A stretch of DNA of 61,801 bases, filler included. It is 7 parts of 7 records of this genome, joined end to end, with 100 filler letters (N's around TTAATTAATTAA, not from the genome) between each part and the next. Parts side by side here need not be neighbours in the genome. Positions count along the whole stretch, not along the records: positions 33,669 to 39,671 come from SRR31147125_2031; positions 39,772 to 48,226 come from SRR31147125_2068; 5 more parts are not named here. One strand, given 5' to 3'. The notes under the pieces are model-generated. The model had not been told where the DNA came from and ran no database searches. It was given only the letters and a program-made list of their open reading frames with translations. The position numbers and the translations under genes are program-made. Below, in pieces: positions 35,775 through 46,508 of this stretch (within the stretch, counting starts at the first letter, position 1; each line of letters begins with the position of its first letter).

Positions 35775-38700
35775 TTAGAAAGTTACTTGCACCCCAAAAT
35801 TAACTGTGCGCATTTGCATGTAATACCATGGGTGAGTTCCCATATCAGAAGCTTCCGGATCCCAAAAGTCAATATTTGAGAAACCTAATAAGTTACTTCC
35901 CGAAACAGAGAGTCGTAATGATTCGATACCTGCTTTATCCAACAAATTCATTTTAGGGAGAGTGTAGGCAAATTCGGCATTTCTTAACTTTAAGAACCAC
36001 GCATCGGTTAACCAATAATCAGAGTCAGCATCGTTATTACTAGAGTTACCCTGGTAGTTACGTGGCAACCATGTATCCGGTTTTTCTTCTGTCCATGCAT
36101 CGATAAATGCATCGGGGCCATTACTGTTATTTACAAATGGCGACGGTTTGTAACGGTGTGTATAACGGCTACCTCCCTGGAAGTTGGCTGTTAATTCGAA
36201 ACCTTTATATGCGAAATAGGTATTAAAACCAAATACTACTTCAGGCATACCGCCACGGCCGATGTAAGTTCTGTCGTTGCCATCAATTTTTCCATCAGGT
36301 ACGCCATCTGGTCCCGAAATATCTTTGTATTTAATGTCTCCACTCTGGTAATCGCCAAAATAACTTTGGTCCGGAGAATTGGCAACATCGTTAGCATCTG
36401 TAAACAAACCATCGGAAACAAACCCATAACGCGAATTAAACGGACGACCGGTTTGTTTTAATCCATCGGGAACATTAGCTGCCTCCGACATTTCAATAAT
36501 TTCACTTGTTGCATAGGTTAATGTACCTTCAAGTCTCATTGTAAATTCGTTGAAAGTATTTCGGTAACGCAGTGCAGTTTCAATACCTTGGTTATCAACA
36601 ATACCCACATTATAAGGGGCTAAACTTGCACCTACTTCTAATGGAATATCTTCACGAGCAATCAGCAGGTCTTCAGTGCGCTTTTTGAATGCCTCAAGCT
36701 CTCCCGAAAGTTTACCGTCGAAGAAACCATAGTCTAAACCAAGGTTGTAGTTTTTCGCTTTCTCCCAGGTAACATCGGGATTAGGAATTACACCCGGATT
36801 AACGGCTTGCTGGTATCCGTCGCCGGTAATAATACCCGATGGATTTCCACGAGTTGAACTAAAGCCAAATAAAGAAAGATATTGGTAAGCAGTAATACGG
36901 TCGTTACCATAAATACCAAAGGCTGCACGAAGTTTTAAGTTCGAAAGCCAGCTAACATCTTCCATAAAATCTTCTTCTGAAATACGCCATGCTGCCGAGA
37001 AAGCCGGGAACCAACCACCTGCATTATCTTTTGGGAAGTTGAACGATTTATCGTAACGTGTATTGGCTTGTAGCAAGTATTTATCTTTGTAGTTGTAATT
37101 TATTCGCATTGCATAGCCCAAACGCTTATTTTCGTTGGCCGAACCATCGTTGGCCACACGCGATGTAGAACCTGCAAACATTTGGTCTAAAGCATCAGAA
37201 ATAAATCCATCGCGATAACCTTCTAACCACTCATTGTAATAATCAGAATGTTCGAACACGAATAAAGCACCAAGAGAATGGTCGCCAAAATCTTTATTAT
37301 AATTTAAAGTGAACTGACCTGTTTTACGCGTTCTTTCGGTAAAACGCTGGGTTAGTTCTATTTCAGGAATCGATTGTTTTTTATCAGCAACCGGGTCGGA
37401 ACCGGTATAAAATGTATAAGGTGTTTTAAAAGTCTTTGCCTGATAATTTTCCCTATCGAAAGCATAAGTGTATTTTGCCACCATTCCTTTAATAAAAGGA
37501 ACATTGTAATTAAAACTTAACGAGCTTTGGAAAACCGAACTTTTATTACGTTGGTAGCCCGAATTTTGGATGTAACCAACTGGCGAGGCATTTAATCCGT
37601 TCCAGTGTAATTCCTGTTGTCCGTCAATTTCAACATACGGTTCAAAGGTTGGGTAACTTTGGTTTATCATACCAAAATTTTCGTCGGCCGATTGCCTTCT
37701 GTTATCTAAACGTCCGGCAATATTTAACGACATGCTAAGGTTTTTAGTAATGTCACCATCAATATTAGCACGCAAGTTGTACCTTTTATAAGTCGACAAA
37801 TCGTACATACCATCCTGATCCAGATATTCGAACGAGGTAATGTAGCGAACCTTGTCACTTCCGTTGGCAACACTAAGTGTATGGGTTTGAATAGGCGAAC
37901 TGTCTTCAAAAGTTTCGTTCCACCAGTCGGTGTTTGTTCCTGTACCGTCTTTATAGCCGGCAATTTGCTCGTCGGAATATAATGGAACATATTCACCACC
38001 CGACATTTGCGCGGTGTTGTAAATAGCCTCATTTAAATGCGTTGCATACTCATACGAGCTCATGCGGTCGGGCAAATATAATGGCGTTTGAACACCAAAA
38101 TTACCTGTGTAAGTAATTTCGGCCTGCCCCTCTTTTGCACGTTTTGTGGTAATTAAGATTACACCGTTTGCACCTTTAACACCATAAATTGCTGCCGATG
38201 CTGCATCTTTCAAAATAGTAACGCTTTCAATGTCGTTTGGATTTAAACGATTCATTCCGCGTTCAATTCCATCAACTAAAACCAGAGGCGAGTTATTGCC
38301 ATCGCTGAAAGTACTTTTACCACGAATAAAAAAGTCAACATCTTCGGCACCGGGTTTTCCCGTACGCGACATTGCTGTAACACCGGTTACTTTACCGGCC
38401 AAACTGGCTGTTAAATTTGGGGTAGCACCTTTTACCAATTGTTCGCCACCAACCGTTGAAACGGCACCGGTTAAATCGGCTTTTTTCTGTGTGCCATAAC
38501 CAATTGCCACTACTTCTTCCAAACCAATAAAATCGGCTTGAAGCATAGCATCAATTTTTGATTTTCCTGCAACGGCAAATTCTTGTGTCAACATTCCCAC
38601 AAAAGAAATTACCAGTGTTGCATCGTCCGAAACTGAAACAGTATAATTACCATCAATATTGGTAACTGTTCCGTTCGAGGTTCCTTTTTCAACTACTGTT

Positions 38701-38846
38701 GCTCCCGGAAGAGGCAAGCCTTCCGAATCGGTAACAGTACCTGTAACTTGCTTGGCATTTTGTGCCATCAGATTAAGATTCAGTGCCAGGCAAAAAACTG
38801 CCAGGGCCACCATTCTTAATCGCTTAAAAACAGTACTTGTCTTCAT
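35775..38846 (-). CDS. SusC/RagA-family TonB-dependent receptor
   Basis: VTGTVTDSEGLPLPGATV, LEEVVAIGYGTQKK, ILKDAASAAIYG, NGVILITTKR, C-terminal GVQVTF. Confidence 0.95.
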   Translation of the reverse strand: MKTSTVFKRLRMVALAVFCLALNLNLMAQNAKQVTGTVTDSEGLPLPGATVVEKGTSNGTVTNIDGNYTVSVSDDATLVISFVGMLTQEFAVAGKSKIDAMLQADFIGLEEVVAIGYGTQKKADLTGAVSTVGGEQLVKGATPNLTASLAGKVTGVTAMSRTGKPGAEDVDFFIRGKSTFSDGNNSPLVLVDGIERGMNRLNPNDIESVTILKDAASAAIYGVKGANGVILITTKRAKEGQAEITYTGNFGVQTPLYLPDRMSSYEYATHLNEAIYNTAQMSGGEYVPLYSDEQIAGYKDGTGTNTDWWNETFEDSSPIQTHTLSVANGSDKVRYITSFEYLDQDGMYDLSTYKRYNLRANIDGDITKNLSMSLNIAGRLDNRRQSADENFGMINQSYPTFEPYVEIDGQQELHWNGLNASPVGYIQNSGYQRNKSSVFQSSLSFNYNVPFIKGMVAKYTYAFDRENYQAKTFKTPYTFYTGSDPVADKKQSIPEIELTQRFTERTRKTGQFTLNYNKDFGDHSLGALFVFEHSDYYNEWLEGYRDGFISDALDQMFAGSTSRVANDGSANENKRLGYAMRINYNYKDKYLLQANTRYDKSFNFPKDNAGGWFPAFSAAWRISEEDFMEDVSWLSNLKLRAAFGIYGNDRITAYQYLSLFGFSSTRGNPSGIITGDGYQQAVNPGVIPNPDVTWEKAKNYNLGLDYGFFDGKLSGELEAFKKRTEDLLIAREDIPLEVGASLAPYNVGIVDNQGIETALRYRNTFNEFTMRLEGTLTYATSEIIEMSEAANVPDGLKQTGRPFNSRYGFVSDGLFTDANDVANSPDQSYFGDYQSGDIKYKDISGPDGVPDGKIDGNDRTYIGRGGMPEVVFGFNTYFAYKGFELTANFQGGSRYTHRYKPSPFVNNSNGPDAFIDAWTEEKPDTWLPRNYQGNSSNNDADSDYWLTDAWFLKLRNAEFAYTLPKMNLLDKAGIESLRLSVSGSNLLGFSNIDFWDPEASDMGTHPWYYMQMRTVNFGVQVTF

Positions 38847-39016
38847 ACATAGATTGATTTGATTAATACTTAATTTTATCGTTTTATTTATTGTAAGACT
38901 GAGGTTTTACTCCTCGTAATAAGTTTTAATAGTTCGTTTTATTGCTCAGTGTATATTGTATACAGTTTTGTTTTTTGTAATTGTTAATCTACCCTTCTTT
39001 TTAACTTAACATCCTT

Positions 39017-39671
39017 TTATTTCAAGCGCGAAAGCGCTTCCATGTAATAGTAGTCGGCATAATTAAGCGGAACATCAATTTCTGCTCCGTGCGGAATACT
39101 ACCCACACTGTGTTTTAAAATGAAATGATGGTTGGTGCCAATTTCAGCTTTGTAAGCAGCCGACGAGAGGCTTTCGAGGATTGCTTTTGCCGGTTTCATG
39201 TAGTTGTTTGCAGAATATTCATCAAGCTCGATTAAAGCAGAAGCTACAATTGCGGCAGCTGAAACATCGCGTGGTTCGTTTGGTATTTTTGGCGCATTAA
39301 AATCCCAGTAAGCAACCATGTCTTCAGGAAGATTTTTATGCGAAAGATAAAAACCGGCAATATTTTCGGCCAGCTTCAAGTATTTTTCATCTTTTATGTA
39401 GCGATAACAAACAGTGTATCCGTACAAACCCCAGGCTTGCCCGCGTGCCCACGCCGATTCGTGTGCGTAGCCTTGTGCTGTGTGTTTTACATTTACTTCG
39501 CCGGTTTCCGGATTATAATCCACCACGTGATACGAACTGTTATCGTCGCGGAAATGATTTTTCATTGTTGTGTTGGCATGACTTACAGCCACATCGCGGT
39601 ATTTTGTATCGCCTGTTAATTCGGTCAACTCAAAAAGCATTTCCAGGTTCATCATATTATCAATAATAACC
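39017..39671 (-). CDS. Unsaturated glucuronyl hydrolase (GH88), C-terminal fragment
   Basis: VIIDNMMNLE, SSYHVVDY, TAQGY, SAWARGQAWGLYG, RDVSAAAI, YADYYYMEAL. Confidence 0.9.
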
Positions 39672-39771
39672 NNNNNNNNNNNNNNNNNNNNNNNNNNNNN
39701 NNNNNNNNNNNNNNNTTAATTAATTAANNNNNNNNNNNNNNNNNNNNNNNNNNNNNNNNNNNNNNNNNNNN
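39672..39771. other. Artificial contig linker
   Basis: 44 N + TTAATTAATTAA + 44 N. Confidence 0.99.
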
Positions 39772-39809
39772 AATTGGACTACCCTCTTTCAATATAAAAG
39801 TGTATTTTT

Positions 39810-41957
39810 CTATTTTACAATAGTCATTTCATCAATTAAATGATTTGCTCCGGCGAATTTATCAATTGTCCACAGTACAAAGCGAATGTCAACATTGATG
39901 CATTTTTGTAATTCGGGTTCAAATGCGAGATCACCGCTCATTGCTTCCCAGTTGCCATCAAAAGCAACACCGATTAATTCACCCTTCCCATTAATTACAG
40001 GGCTTCCTGAGTTTCCGCCGGTAATGTCATTGTTTGAGATAAAACAAGTGTGGAGTGTTCCATCTTTATCAACATACTGTCCATAGTCCTGATCAAGATA
40101 TAGCTCTTTCAATTTTGAAGGAACATCAAATTCAGGATCACCTGGAATTTCTTTTTCAATATATCCTTTTAGGGTTGTATAGTAATTATAATGAACAGCA
40201 TCACGAGGAATATAGTCGCCAATTTTACCGTATGTTAAGCGCATAGTCGAATTTGCATCTGGGTACATGCTTTTGTCATTATACATTTTCATAAGCCCGG
40301 CAACAAATAATCGCCTGCCGGTTAGGAGTTCATCTGTGGTTTCCTTCATCGTGCTGCCAACAATATCCATTGTGTTGAATACGCCTGTTGCCGTAACAAA
40401 AGCAGGGTCTTTTTTAAGAACCTTTATTTTTGGGTTTGCCAAAAAGTCTTTCATGCTTTGTTTGCTGGCAAAAATTGTCTTTTTAAACATCTCTTCAGTG
40501 AAGGCATCAAAGTCACCCTTGTATTTTGTTTTTACATCTTTAAAAAATGTTGGGTGATAACTTGAAGTGACATTTTTATTGTACAGTTTTAGTAGTGCTG
40601 CTGTAATTTTTTGATCAGTAGATGCATCATAGTCTTTGAAGAAATCGTCGAGTTCTTGCTTCATGTGTTCTATGTTGCTTTCAATTCGATCTTGATTGTC
40701 GCCAGACTCCATTGCTGCCAATAAACTTTTTGCACCATATGCGTAGTAGAAAATTTCTGGACCACGAATCATTGATTCTATTAAGTATTCATAGGCTTTT
40801 TCGTCTTCAATATTTTCATAAGCATAGTGGATGTATTCCAATGCTTTGCCATATTTCTCTTTGCGCTCGTCACTTTTGTTTACCCATTTAGTGAATTCTT
40901 CTTCAATGGCTTTTTTCTTTTCAATTACATTTAAAGCTTTTAGCCCCTTGTTTTGGCCAATGCTGTATTTGTAATAGTTTGAACTACGAGCGTATTTTGA
41001 AGCATACTGTATGCGTGCCTTTTGGCTGCTACCCATGTATTTTTTTAGAATTTCAAGTTTTTTGGAGCGAACATCAACCCTGATCGGATTAGTCACCGTC
41101 ATGGTGTAGTTTATACCTACAGATGATTTATAGCGATTTGTTGAACCTGGATATCCCATTACCATTGAAAAGTCGCCTTCTTCATATCCCTTTAGTGAAA
41201 TTGGCAAGTGGTGTTTGGGCTCGAGTGGAATATTTTCCTCGGAATAATCAGCAGGGGTGCCATCAGGACCGCAATAAATGCGGAACAATGAAAAGTCACC
41301 TGTGTGACGTGGCCACATCCAATTATCAGTATCGCCACCAAATTTGCCAATAGATGCCGGAGGAGCTCCTACTAATCGCACATCGCGGAATGTTTCGTAC
41401 ACAAATAGAAAGTAACGATTTCCTTTAAAAAGAGATTGAACTTTGGCATCATAATGAGAATCTTCAATAGCTTCTTTTTGAATTTCAAATGATGCTTTCT
41501 GTATCTTGGTTTTGCGTTCATCATGACTTAGTTCATCTTCTAATTCTCCAAGTACCTTGTCGGTAACATCTTCAACCCTGACTAAAAATGATACTGTTTT
41601 GCCGGGATTTGGTAATTCTTCTTCTAACGATTTTGCCCAAAATCCGTCTTTTAAATAGTCATGTTCTACAGAGCTGTGTTCTTGAATCTCGCCAAATCCA
41701 CAGTGATGATTGGTTAGCATTAAGCCTTTTGCTGAAATTAACTCTCCAGTGCATGATCCACGGTCTAAAGCAACTATTGCATCCTTTAAACTTGAATTAT
41801 TAATATTGTAGATGTCGTCGGCACTTAACTCACATCCCATCTGTTGCATTTCGCTGATATTCAATTTATGAATCAGAGATGGCAACCACATACCCTCATC
41901 TGCCTTTGCCGACACTATTATTGTCAGGGTATAAATTAGCAATAAAACCTTCTTCAT
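39810..41957 (-). CDS. S46-family dipeptidyl peptidase (DPP7-type)
   Basis: ADEGMWLP, TNHHC, DNWMWPRHTGDF, TGGNSGSPV, FDGNWE (Gly, not the Arg of DPP11); start MKKVLLL at 41957. Confidence 0.92.
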   Translation of the reverse strand: MKKVLLLIYTLTIIVSAKADEGMWLPSLIHKLNISEMQQMGCELSADDIYNINNSSLKDAIVALDRGSCTGELISAKGLMLTNHHCGFGEIQEHSSVEHDYLKDGFWAKSLEEELPNPGKTVSFLVRVEDVTDKVLGELEDELSHDERKTKIQKASFEIQKEAIEDSHYDAKVQSLFKGNRYFLFVYETFRDVRLVGAPPASIGKFGGDTDNWMWPRHTGDFSLFRIYCGPDGTPADYSEENIPLEPKHHLPISLKGYEEGDFSMVMGYPGSTNRYKSSVGINYTMTVTNPIRVDVRSKKLEILKKYMGSSQKARIQYASKYARSSNYYKYSIGQNKGLKALNVIEKKKAIEEEFTKWVNKSDERKEKYGKALEYIHYAYENIEDEKAYEYLIESMIRGPEIFYYAYGAKSLLAAMESGDNQDRIESNIEHMKQELDDFFKDYDASTDQKITAALLKLYNKNVTSSYHPTFFKDVKTKYKGDFDAFTEEMFKKTIFASKQSMKDFLANPKIKVLKKDPAFVTATGVFNTMDIVGSTMKETTDELLTGRRLFVAGLMKMYNDKSMYPDANSTMRLTYGKIGDYIPRDAVHYNYYTTLKGYIEKEIPGDPEFDVPSKLKELYLDQDYGQYVDKDGTLHTCFISNNDITGGNSGSPVINGKGELIGVAFDGNWEAMSGDLAFEPELQKCINVDIRFVLWTIDKFAGANHLIDEMTIVK

Positions 41958-42187
41958 TCGATATTGTATATTTAAGATTAGTAAAGTAAAAGCACAAAGA
42001 TAGATATATCTCGTATTCAACAAATTGTTTTTATAACATCATAATTCAAAATCAATTTCCAAATTGGTTGTCGGAATAGCCGTATCATTACAATTATTCT
42101 ATGAATAATATCAGATTGCTGATTGCTTGATGTGAAGTTCATTCAGAAAATGGTAATTTTTTAACTTTTGGCAGGATTAAATAATCC

Positions 42188-42195
42188 TATCTTTG
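42188..42195 (+). promoter_or_regulatory. Bacteroidota -7 promoter element (TAnnTTTG) of gltX
   Basis: TATCTTTG ~22 nt upstream of the ATG; TTTG at 42167-42170. Confidence 0.6.
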
Positions 42196-42217
42196 CAGGA
42201 AATTTAAGACCAATAAA

Positions 42218-43744
42218 ATGAATTCCGGAAAAGTAAGAGTACGTTTTGCCCCAAGTCCAACAGGTCCTTTGCACATGGGAGGTGTGCGGACTGCATTGTT
42301 CAATTATTTATTTGCAAAGAAACATGGTGGCGATTTTTTACTTCGTATTGAAGATACCGATCAAACACGCTATGTTTCAGGAGCAGAGGATTATATAATT
42401 GAAGCATTGAAGTGGTGTGGTGTCAGTCCGGATGAGGGACAAGGGATTGGCGGTGAATTTGGACCTTACAGACAGAGTGAGCGTAAAGAGATTTATCGGC
42501 AATATGCAGATCAACTTATTGAGAGTGGAAATGCGTACTATGCATTCGATACTCCTGAAGAATTAGGACAGTTGCGAGCTGATGCAGAAGCAAAAAAGGA
42601 AGTTTTTTCTTACGACATGCATACCCGTGGAAATCTTAGTAATTCACTGGCTTTGTCAAAAGAAGATGTCGCTCAGAAAATTGAATCAGGCTTGCCGTTT
42701 ATTATACGGTTTAAAATGCCTGAAAATATTGATGTGATTGAAAAGGATTTAATTCGTGGAGAAGTTAAATTTAATACGGCTCAGCTAGATGATAAAGTGC
42801 TTTTTAAAGCTGACGGAATGCCAACTTATCATTTAGCGAATGTGGTTGATGATCATTTGATGCAAATCTCGCATGTAATTCGTGGCGAAGAATGGTTGCC
42901 ATCAATGCCTTTGCATATATTATTATATGAAGCTTTGGGTTGGGGCGAAAACCGTCCACAATTTGCGCATTTACCACTTATTCTTAAACCAACAGGAAAA
43001 GGAAAACTGAGTAAGCGTGATGGCGATAAGTTGGGATTTCCCGTTTTTCCATTGCAATGGACTGATCCAAAAACAGGGGATGTTTCTCGTGGTTATCGGG
43101 AAGATGGATATTTCCCTCAGGCATTTGTAAATCTATTAGCTCTGCTCGGGTGGAATGCTGGAACTGAACAGGAGTTTTTTAGCATGAATGAACTTGTTGA
43201 TCAATTTAGTTTAGAGCGTGTTGTTAAATCAGGTGCACGTTTCGATCCTGAAAAATCCAAATGGTTCAATCGCCATTATCTGCAAGAAAAAACTGAAGCT
43301 GAATTAACCGTGTTGTTCAAACCTTTTTTAAATGAAAAGGGAATTGAGGTTGAAGATGAAAAGTTGAATAAAATTATCGCAATGGTTAAAGAACGTTGCG
43401 AATTTGTTTCTGAAATATGGGATCAGGCTTATTACTTTTTTGAAGCACCTTCAAGCTATGATGAAAAAACAGCTAAGAAAAAGTGGAAAGAAGACACTCC
43501 CGAAAAATTGAATGCAATTACTAAGGTTTTTGAAAATATTGAAAGCTGGAAAGCCTCTGATATTAAAGACACTTTTTCTGCTTTTATGAACGAAAAAGAA
43601 TGGGGCTTCGGCGTAGTAATGGTGCCAATCCGTTTAGCTCTTGTAGGAAGTAGTCAGGGAGTTGATTTATTCGATATTTGTGAGTTTATTGGAAAAAAGG
43701 AAACCATTAGCCGGATTGAGAAAGCTGTGACCAGACTTTCGTAA
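42218..43744 (+). CDS. gltX: Glutamate--tRNA ligase
   Basis: RVRFAPSPTGPLHMGG, LRIEDTD, PTYHLANVVDD, IRGEEW, KLSKRDG. Confidence 0.97.
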   Translation: MNSGKVRVRFAPSPTGPLHMGGVRTALFNYLFAKKHGGDFLLRIEDTDQTRYVSGAEDYIIEALKWCGVSPDEGQGIGGEFGPYRQSERKEIYRQYADQLIESGNAYYAFDTPEELGQLRADAEAKKEVFSYDMHTRGNLSNSLALSKEDVAQKIESGLPFIIRFKMPENIDVIEKDLIRGEVKFNTAQLDDKVLFKADGMPTYHLANVVDDHLMQISHVIRGEEWLPSMPLHILLYEALGWGENRPQFAHLPLILKPTGKGKLSKRDGDKLGFPVFPLQWTDPKTGDVSRGYREDGYFPQAFVNLLALLGWNAGTEQEFFSMNELVDQFSLERVVKSGARFDPEKSKWFNRHYLQEKTEAELTVLFKPFLNEKGIEVEDEKLNKIIAMVKERCEFVSEIWDQAYYFFEAPSSYDEKTAKKKWKEDTPEKLNAITKVFENIESWKASDIKDTFSAFMNEKEWGFGVVMVPIRLALVGSSQGVDLFDICEFIGKKETISRIEKAVTRLS

Positions 43745-43825
43745 TTTAATGCATGTGGAAATTAAGGGCATAAAAAATGCGGTACTTCTATAAGCCGCAT
43801 TTCCCTGAGGATATTTAAATATTTC

Positions 43826-44416
43826 TTATTCTATACCTACGGTGTAATTGTAGCTTTCGTCTCCAGCAGATAAAACAATTGTGTAATCACCATCTTCTAG
43901 TTTTGAAAGGCTTAATGCTTCATTAACAGAAAAAGTATCTTTTAATACTTTGCTAAAAATGGCTTGACCATTATCATAAACTGATAGCTTGATTTTGTCA
44001 TTCTGATAGTTTAAATAAGCTACCCGAAGAACATCATCATTAAATGAAAAAAATGGTTTGATGATGCTTTTCATTTGCCCAACATTGATTTGGTTGTTGC
44101 TAATGGTAAACTCTCTTTGGGTAAGTTCTCCATTAATGTTTACAACCAATTTGTAATCACCGGTTTCAAGTTTTGAAAAATCATACACTTTGTTGTACTC
44201 AACATCACTTTCGTTTGTTTGATTATAGTACAAGATATTGCCTGAATCCGTTTCAACACTGATCTCAAATTTGCTTTCCAAATTATTCGTAATTGAAATA
44301 ACTGCACGCTCAGAGGTTAAAGGAAGAATGTTCACTTTTAAATTTCCTGTTGCCAGGGCGATGTTTGCGATAACTGTTAAAGCAAGCATCATGCTAATTG
44401 TTTTAATTGTTTTCAT
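43826..44416 (-). CDS. Secreted hypothetical protein with two Ig-like beta-sandwich repeats
   Basis: Signal peptide; repeated YDFSKLETGDYKL / LSLSKLEDGDYTI. Confidence 0.65.
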   Translation of the reverse strand: MKTIKTISMMLALTVIANIALATGNLKVNILPLTSERAVISITNNLESKFEISVETDSGNILYYNQTNESDVEYNKVYDFSKLETGDYKLVVNINGELTQREFTISNNQINVGQMKSIIKPFFSFNDDVLRVAYLNYQNDKIKLSVYDNGQAIFSKVLKDTFSVNEALSLSKLEDGDYTIVLSAGDESYNYTVGIE

Positions 44417-44617
44417 AGTTTTGAATTTTCATGGATTAAAAATTAACTATATTGCAAATATATGTGCTGTACAGCATATCTATTGAAAGTTTAGGTTAAG
44501 CAAGCATTAAATTTGTGCTCTATAACATATAGGCAATATTGATGCATTGCTTGGATATGATGATCAATTTCCATTTTCTTTTAAAAAACAAAGTATTAAG
44601 AAAATGATCTATATAAT

Positions 44618-45307
44618 ATGAAAATAAAGATATTACATCTGCTCGATGGGGCAAGAGAGGCTGAGGGACTTACTGTTATAATTGATGTGTTTCGAGCATT
44701 TTCTGTTGCTTGTTATGCTTTTGATGGTGGTGTTAAAAAGATATTTCCGGTTGGAGATATTGATATGGCTTATCAATTGAAAGAATCTAATCCTGAGTAT
44801 ATTTTGGTTGGTGAGCGCCACGAAAAAAAACCGGAAGGGTTCGATTTTGGGAATTCACCTTCACAGGTGTCTGCAGGATCGATTAATGGCAAAACAATGG
44901 TTCATACAACCAGCTCAGGAACGCAAGGTATTGCAAATGCCACAAAGGCAAATGAATTGATTACTGGTAGTTTTGTAAATGCAGGAGCAATTATCAAATA
45001 CATTAAAAAGAAAAACCCGGAGAAACTCTCATTGGTTTGCATGGGATATGCTTGTCAACATCCAACCGATGAGGATACTTTTTTGGCAGAGTACATTCGG
45101 GCAAAACTGTTAGGGAATGAGTTTGATTATAATCAGATGATTGAGAAGTTAAGAAATGGTGCGGGAGCTCGTTTCTTTTTACCTGAAAAGCAAAGTTGGG
45201 CACCATCTGCTGATTTTGATTTGTGTCTCGATTTAAACCGATTTTCATTTGTTTTAAAAGTTGAAAATGAAGATGGAATGAATTATTTGAGAAAGATTGA
45301 ACTTTAG
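44618..45307 (+). CDS. comB: 2-phosphosulfolactate phosphatase family
   Basis: VIIDVFRAFS, LVGER, GFDFGNSP, HTTSSGTQG, EDT. Confidence 0.85.
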   Translation: MKIKILHLLDGAREAEGLTVIIDVFRAFSVACYAFDGGVKKIFPVGDIDMAYQLKESNPEYILVGERHEKKPEGFDFGNSPSQVSAGSINGKTMVHTTSSGTQGIANATKANELITGSFVNAGAIIKYIKKKNPEKLSLVCMGYACQHPTDEDTFLAEYIRAKLLGNEFDYNQMIEKLRNGAGARFFLPEKQSWAPSADFDLCLDLNRFSFVLKVENEDGMNYLRKIEL

Positions 45308-45325
45308 AGGGGATATTTTCTTTTA

Positions 45326-46507
45326 ATGAAAAAAGCTAAAGCTATGCGATATAATTTTGATGAACTGGTGAACAGGAAAGGAACCGATTGTTTAAAATAT
45401 GATGCAACAGAGAGGGTTTTTGGCAAAGAAGATGTTTTGCCACTCTGGGTTGCCGACATGGATTTTAAAACTCCTGATTTTATCATGGAAGCAATTCGTG
45501 AGCGTACTGAACATGAAATTCTGGGATATACTTTCCGTTCAGATTCATGCACTGATTCGATACTTGCATGGTTGAAAAAACGGCATAATTGGGTTGTTGA
45601 AAAAGAATGGTTGCAATACAGTCCGGGAGTTGTTCCTGCCTTGGCGTTCACTGTTCTAGTATACACCGAACCTGGTGATGAGGTTGTTGTTCAGTCTCCC
45701 GTGTATTATCCATTTTATTCAGCAGTTAAAAACAATAATCGAAATTTAATCGATAATCCCCTAGTTCTTAGGGATGGGCGTTATCATTTCGATCTGGAAG
45801 ATTTAAAACAAAAGATTACGCAAAAAACCAAACTGTTATTTTTATGTAATCCGCAGAACCCTGGGGGGATGAGTTGGACTAAAGAGGAACTTACTGCTTT
45901 GGGGGAAATGTGTATTGAGAATAATGTGGTTGTAGTTTCAGACGAAATTCATTCCGATTTAACTTTTAAAGGGAAAAAGCACATTCCTTTTGCTTCGTTA
46001 AGTGAACGTTTTGCTCAGAATAGCATAACGCTTATGGCGCCAAGTAAGACATTTAATATTGCCGGCTTGTCTACTTCTTATTTAATTATTCCTAACAAAA
46101 AGTTATTTAATAGATATGATGAATTGATGAAGGCTAGTCATATTTATGGCGGAAACCTTTTTGGGAATATTGCGATGGAAGCTGCATATTCAAAAGGGCA
46201 TGAGTGGGTTGATCAGATGATGGGTTATGTGGAGGAGAACTATGATTTTCTGGTTGATTTTCTGAAAGATAAATTACCAATGGTAAAACCGATGAGTCCT
46301 GATGCTACTTATTTGATTTGGCTAGATTTCTCTGAAATTAGAATGAAAGACAAAGATCTTAATGATCGGATTGTAGGTGCAGGTCTTGGATTAAACAGGG
46401 GAGTTATGTTTGGGAAACAGGGGAAAGGTTTTATGCGAATCAATATTGCATGTCCTCGGGCAACTCTTAAGACGGCATTAGAGATTTTGGTTTTGGCTTT
46501 TAACTAA
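45326..46507 (+). CDS. PatB/MalY family PLP-dependent C-S lyase
   Basis: LPLWVADMDF, LCNPQNPGG, SDEIHSD, APSKTFNIAGL, TYLIWLDF; start may be 45344. Confidence 0.92.
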   Translation: MKKAKAMRYNFDELVNRKGTDCLKYDATERVFGKEDVLPLWVADMDFKTPDFIMEAIRERTEHEILGYTFRSDSCTDSILAWLKKRHNWVVEKEWLQYSPGVVPALAFTVLVYTEPGDEVVVQSPVYYPFYSAVKNNNRNLIDNPLVLRDGRYHFDLEDLKQKITQKTKLLFLCNPQNPGGMSWTKEELTALGEMCIENNVVVVSDEIHSDLTFKGKKHIPFASLSERFAQNSITLMAPSKTFNIAGLSTSYLIIPNKKLFNRYDELMKASHIYGGNLFGNIAMEAAYSKGHEWVDQMMGYVEENYDFLVDFLKDKLPMVKPMSPDATYLIWLDFSEIRMKDKDLNDRIVGAGLGLNRGVMFGKQGKGFMRINIACPRATLKTALEILVLAFN

Positions 46508-46508
46508 G

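Noticed and set aside
38951-38965. GTATATTGTATACAG upstream of susC, resembling the GntR boxes of contig 2
   Set aside because: Different contig and organism, single AT-rich copy.
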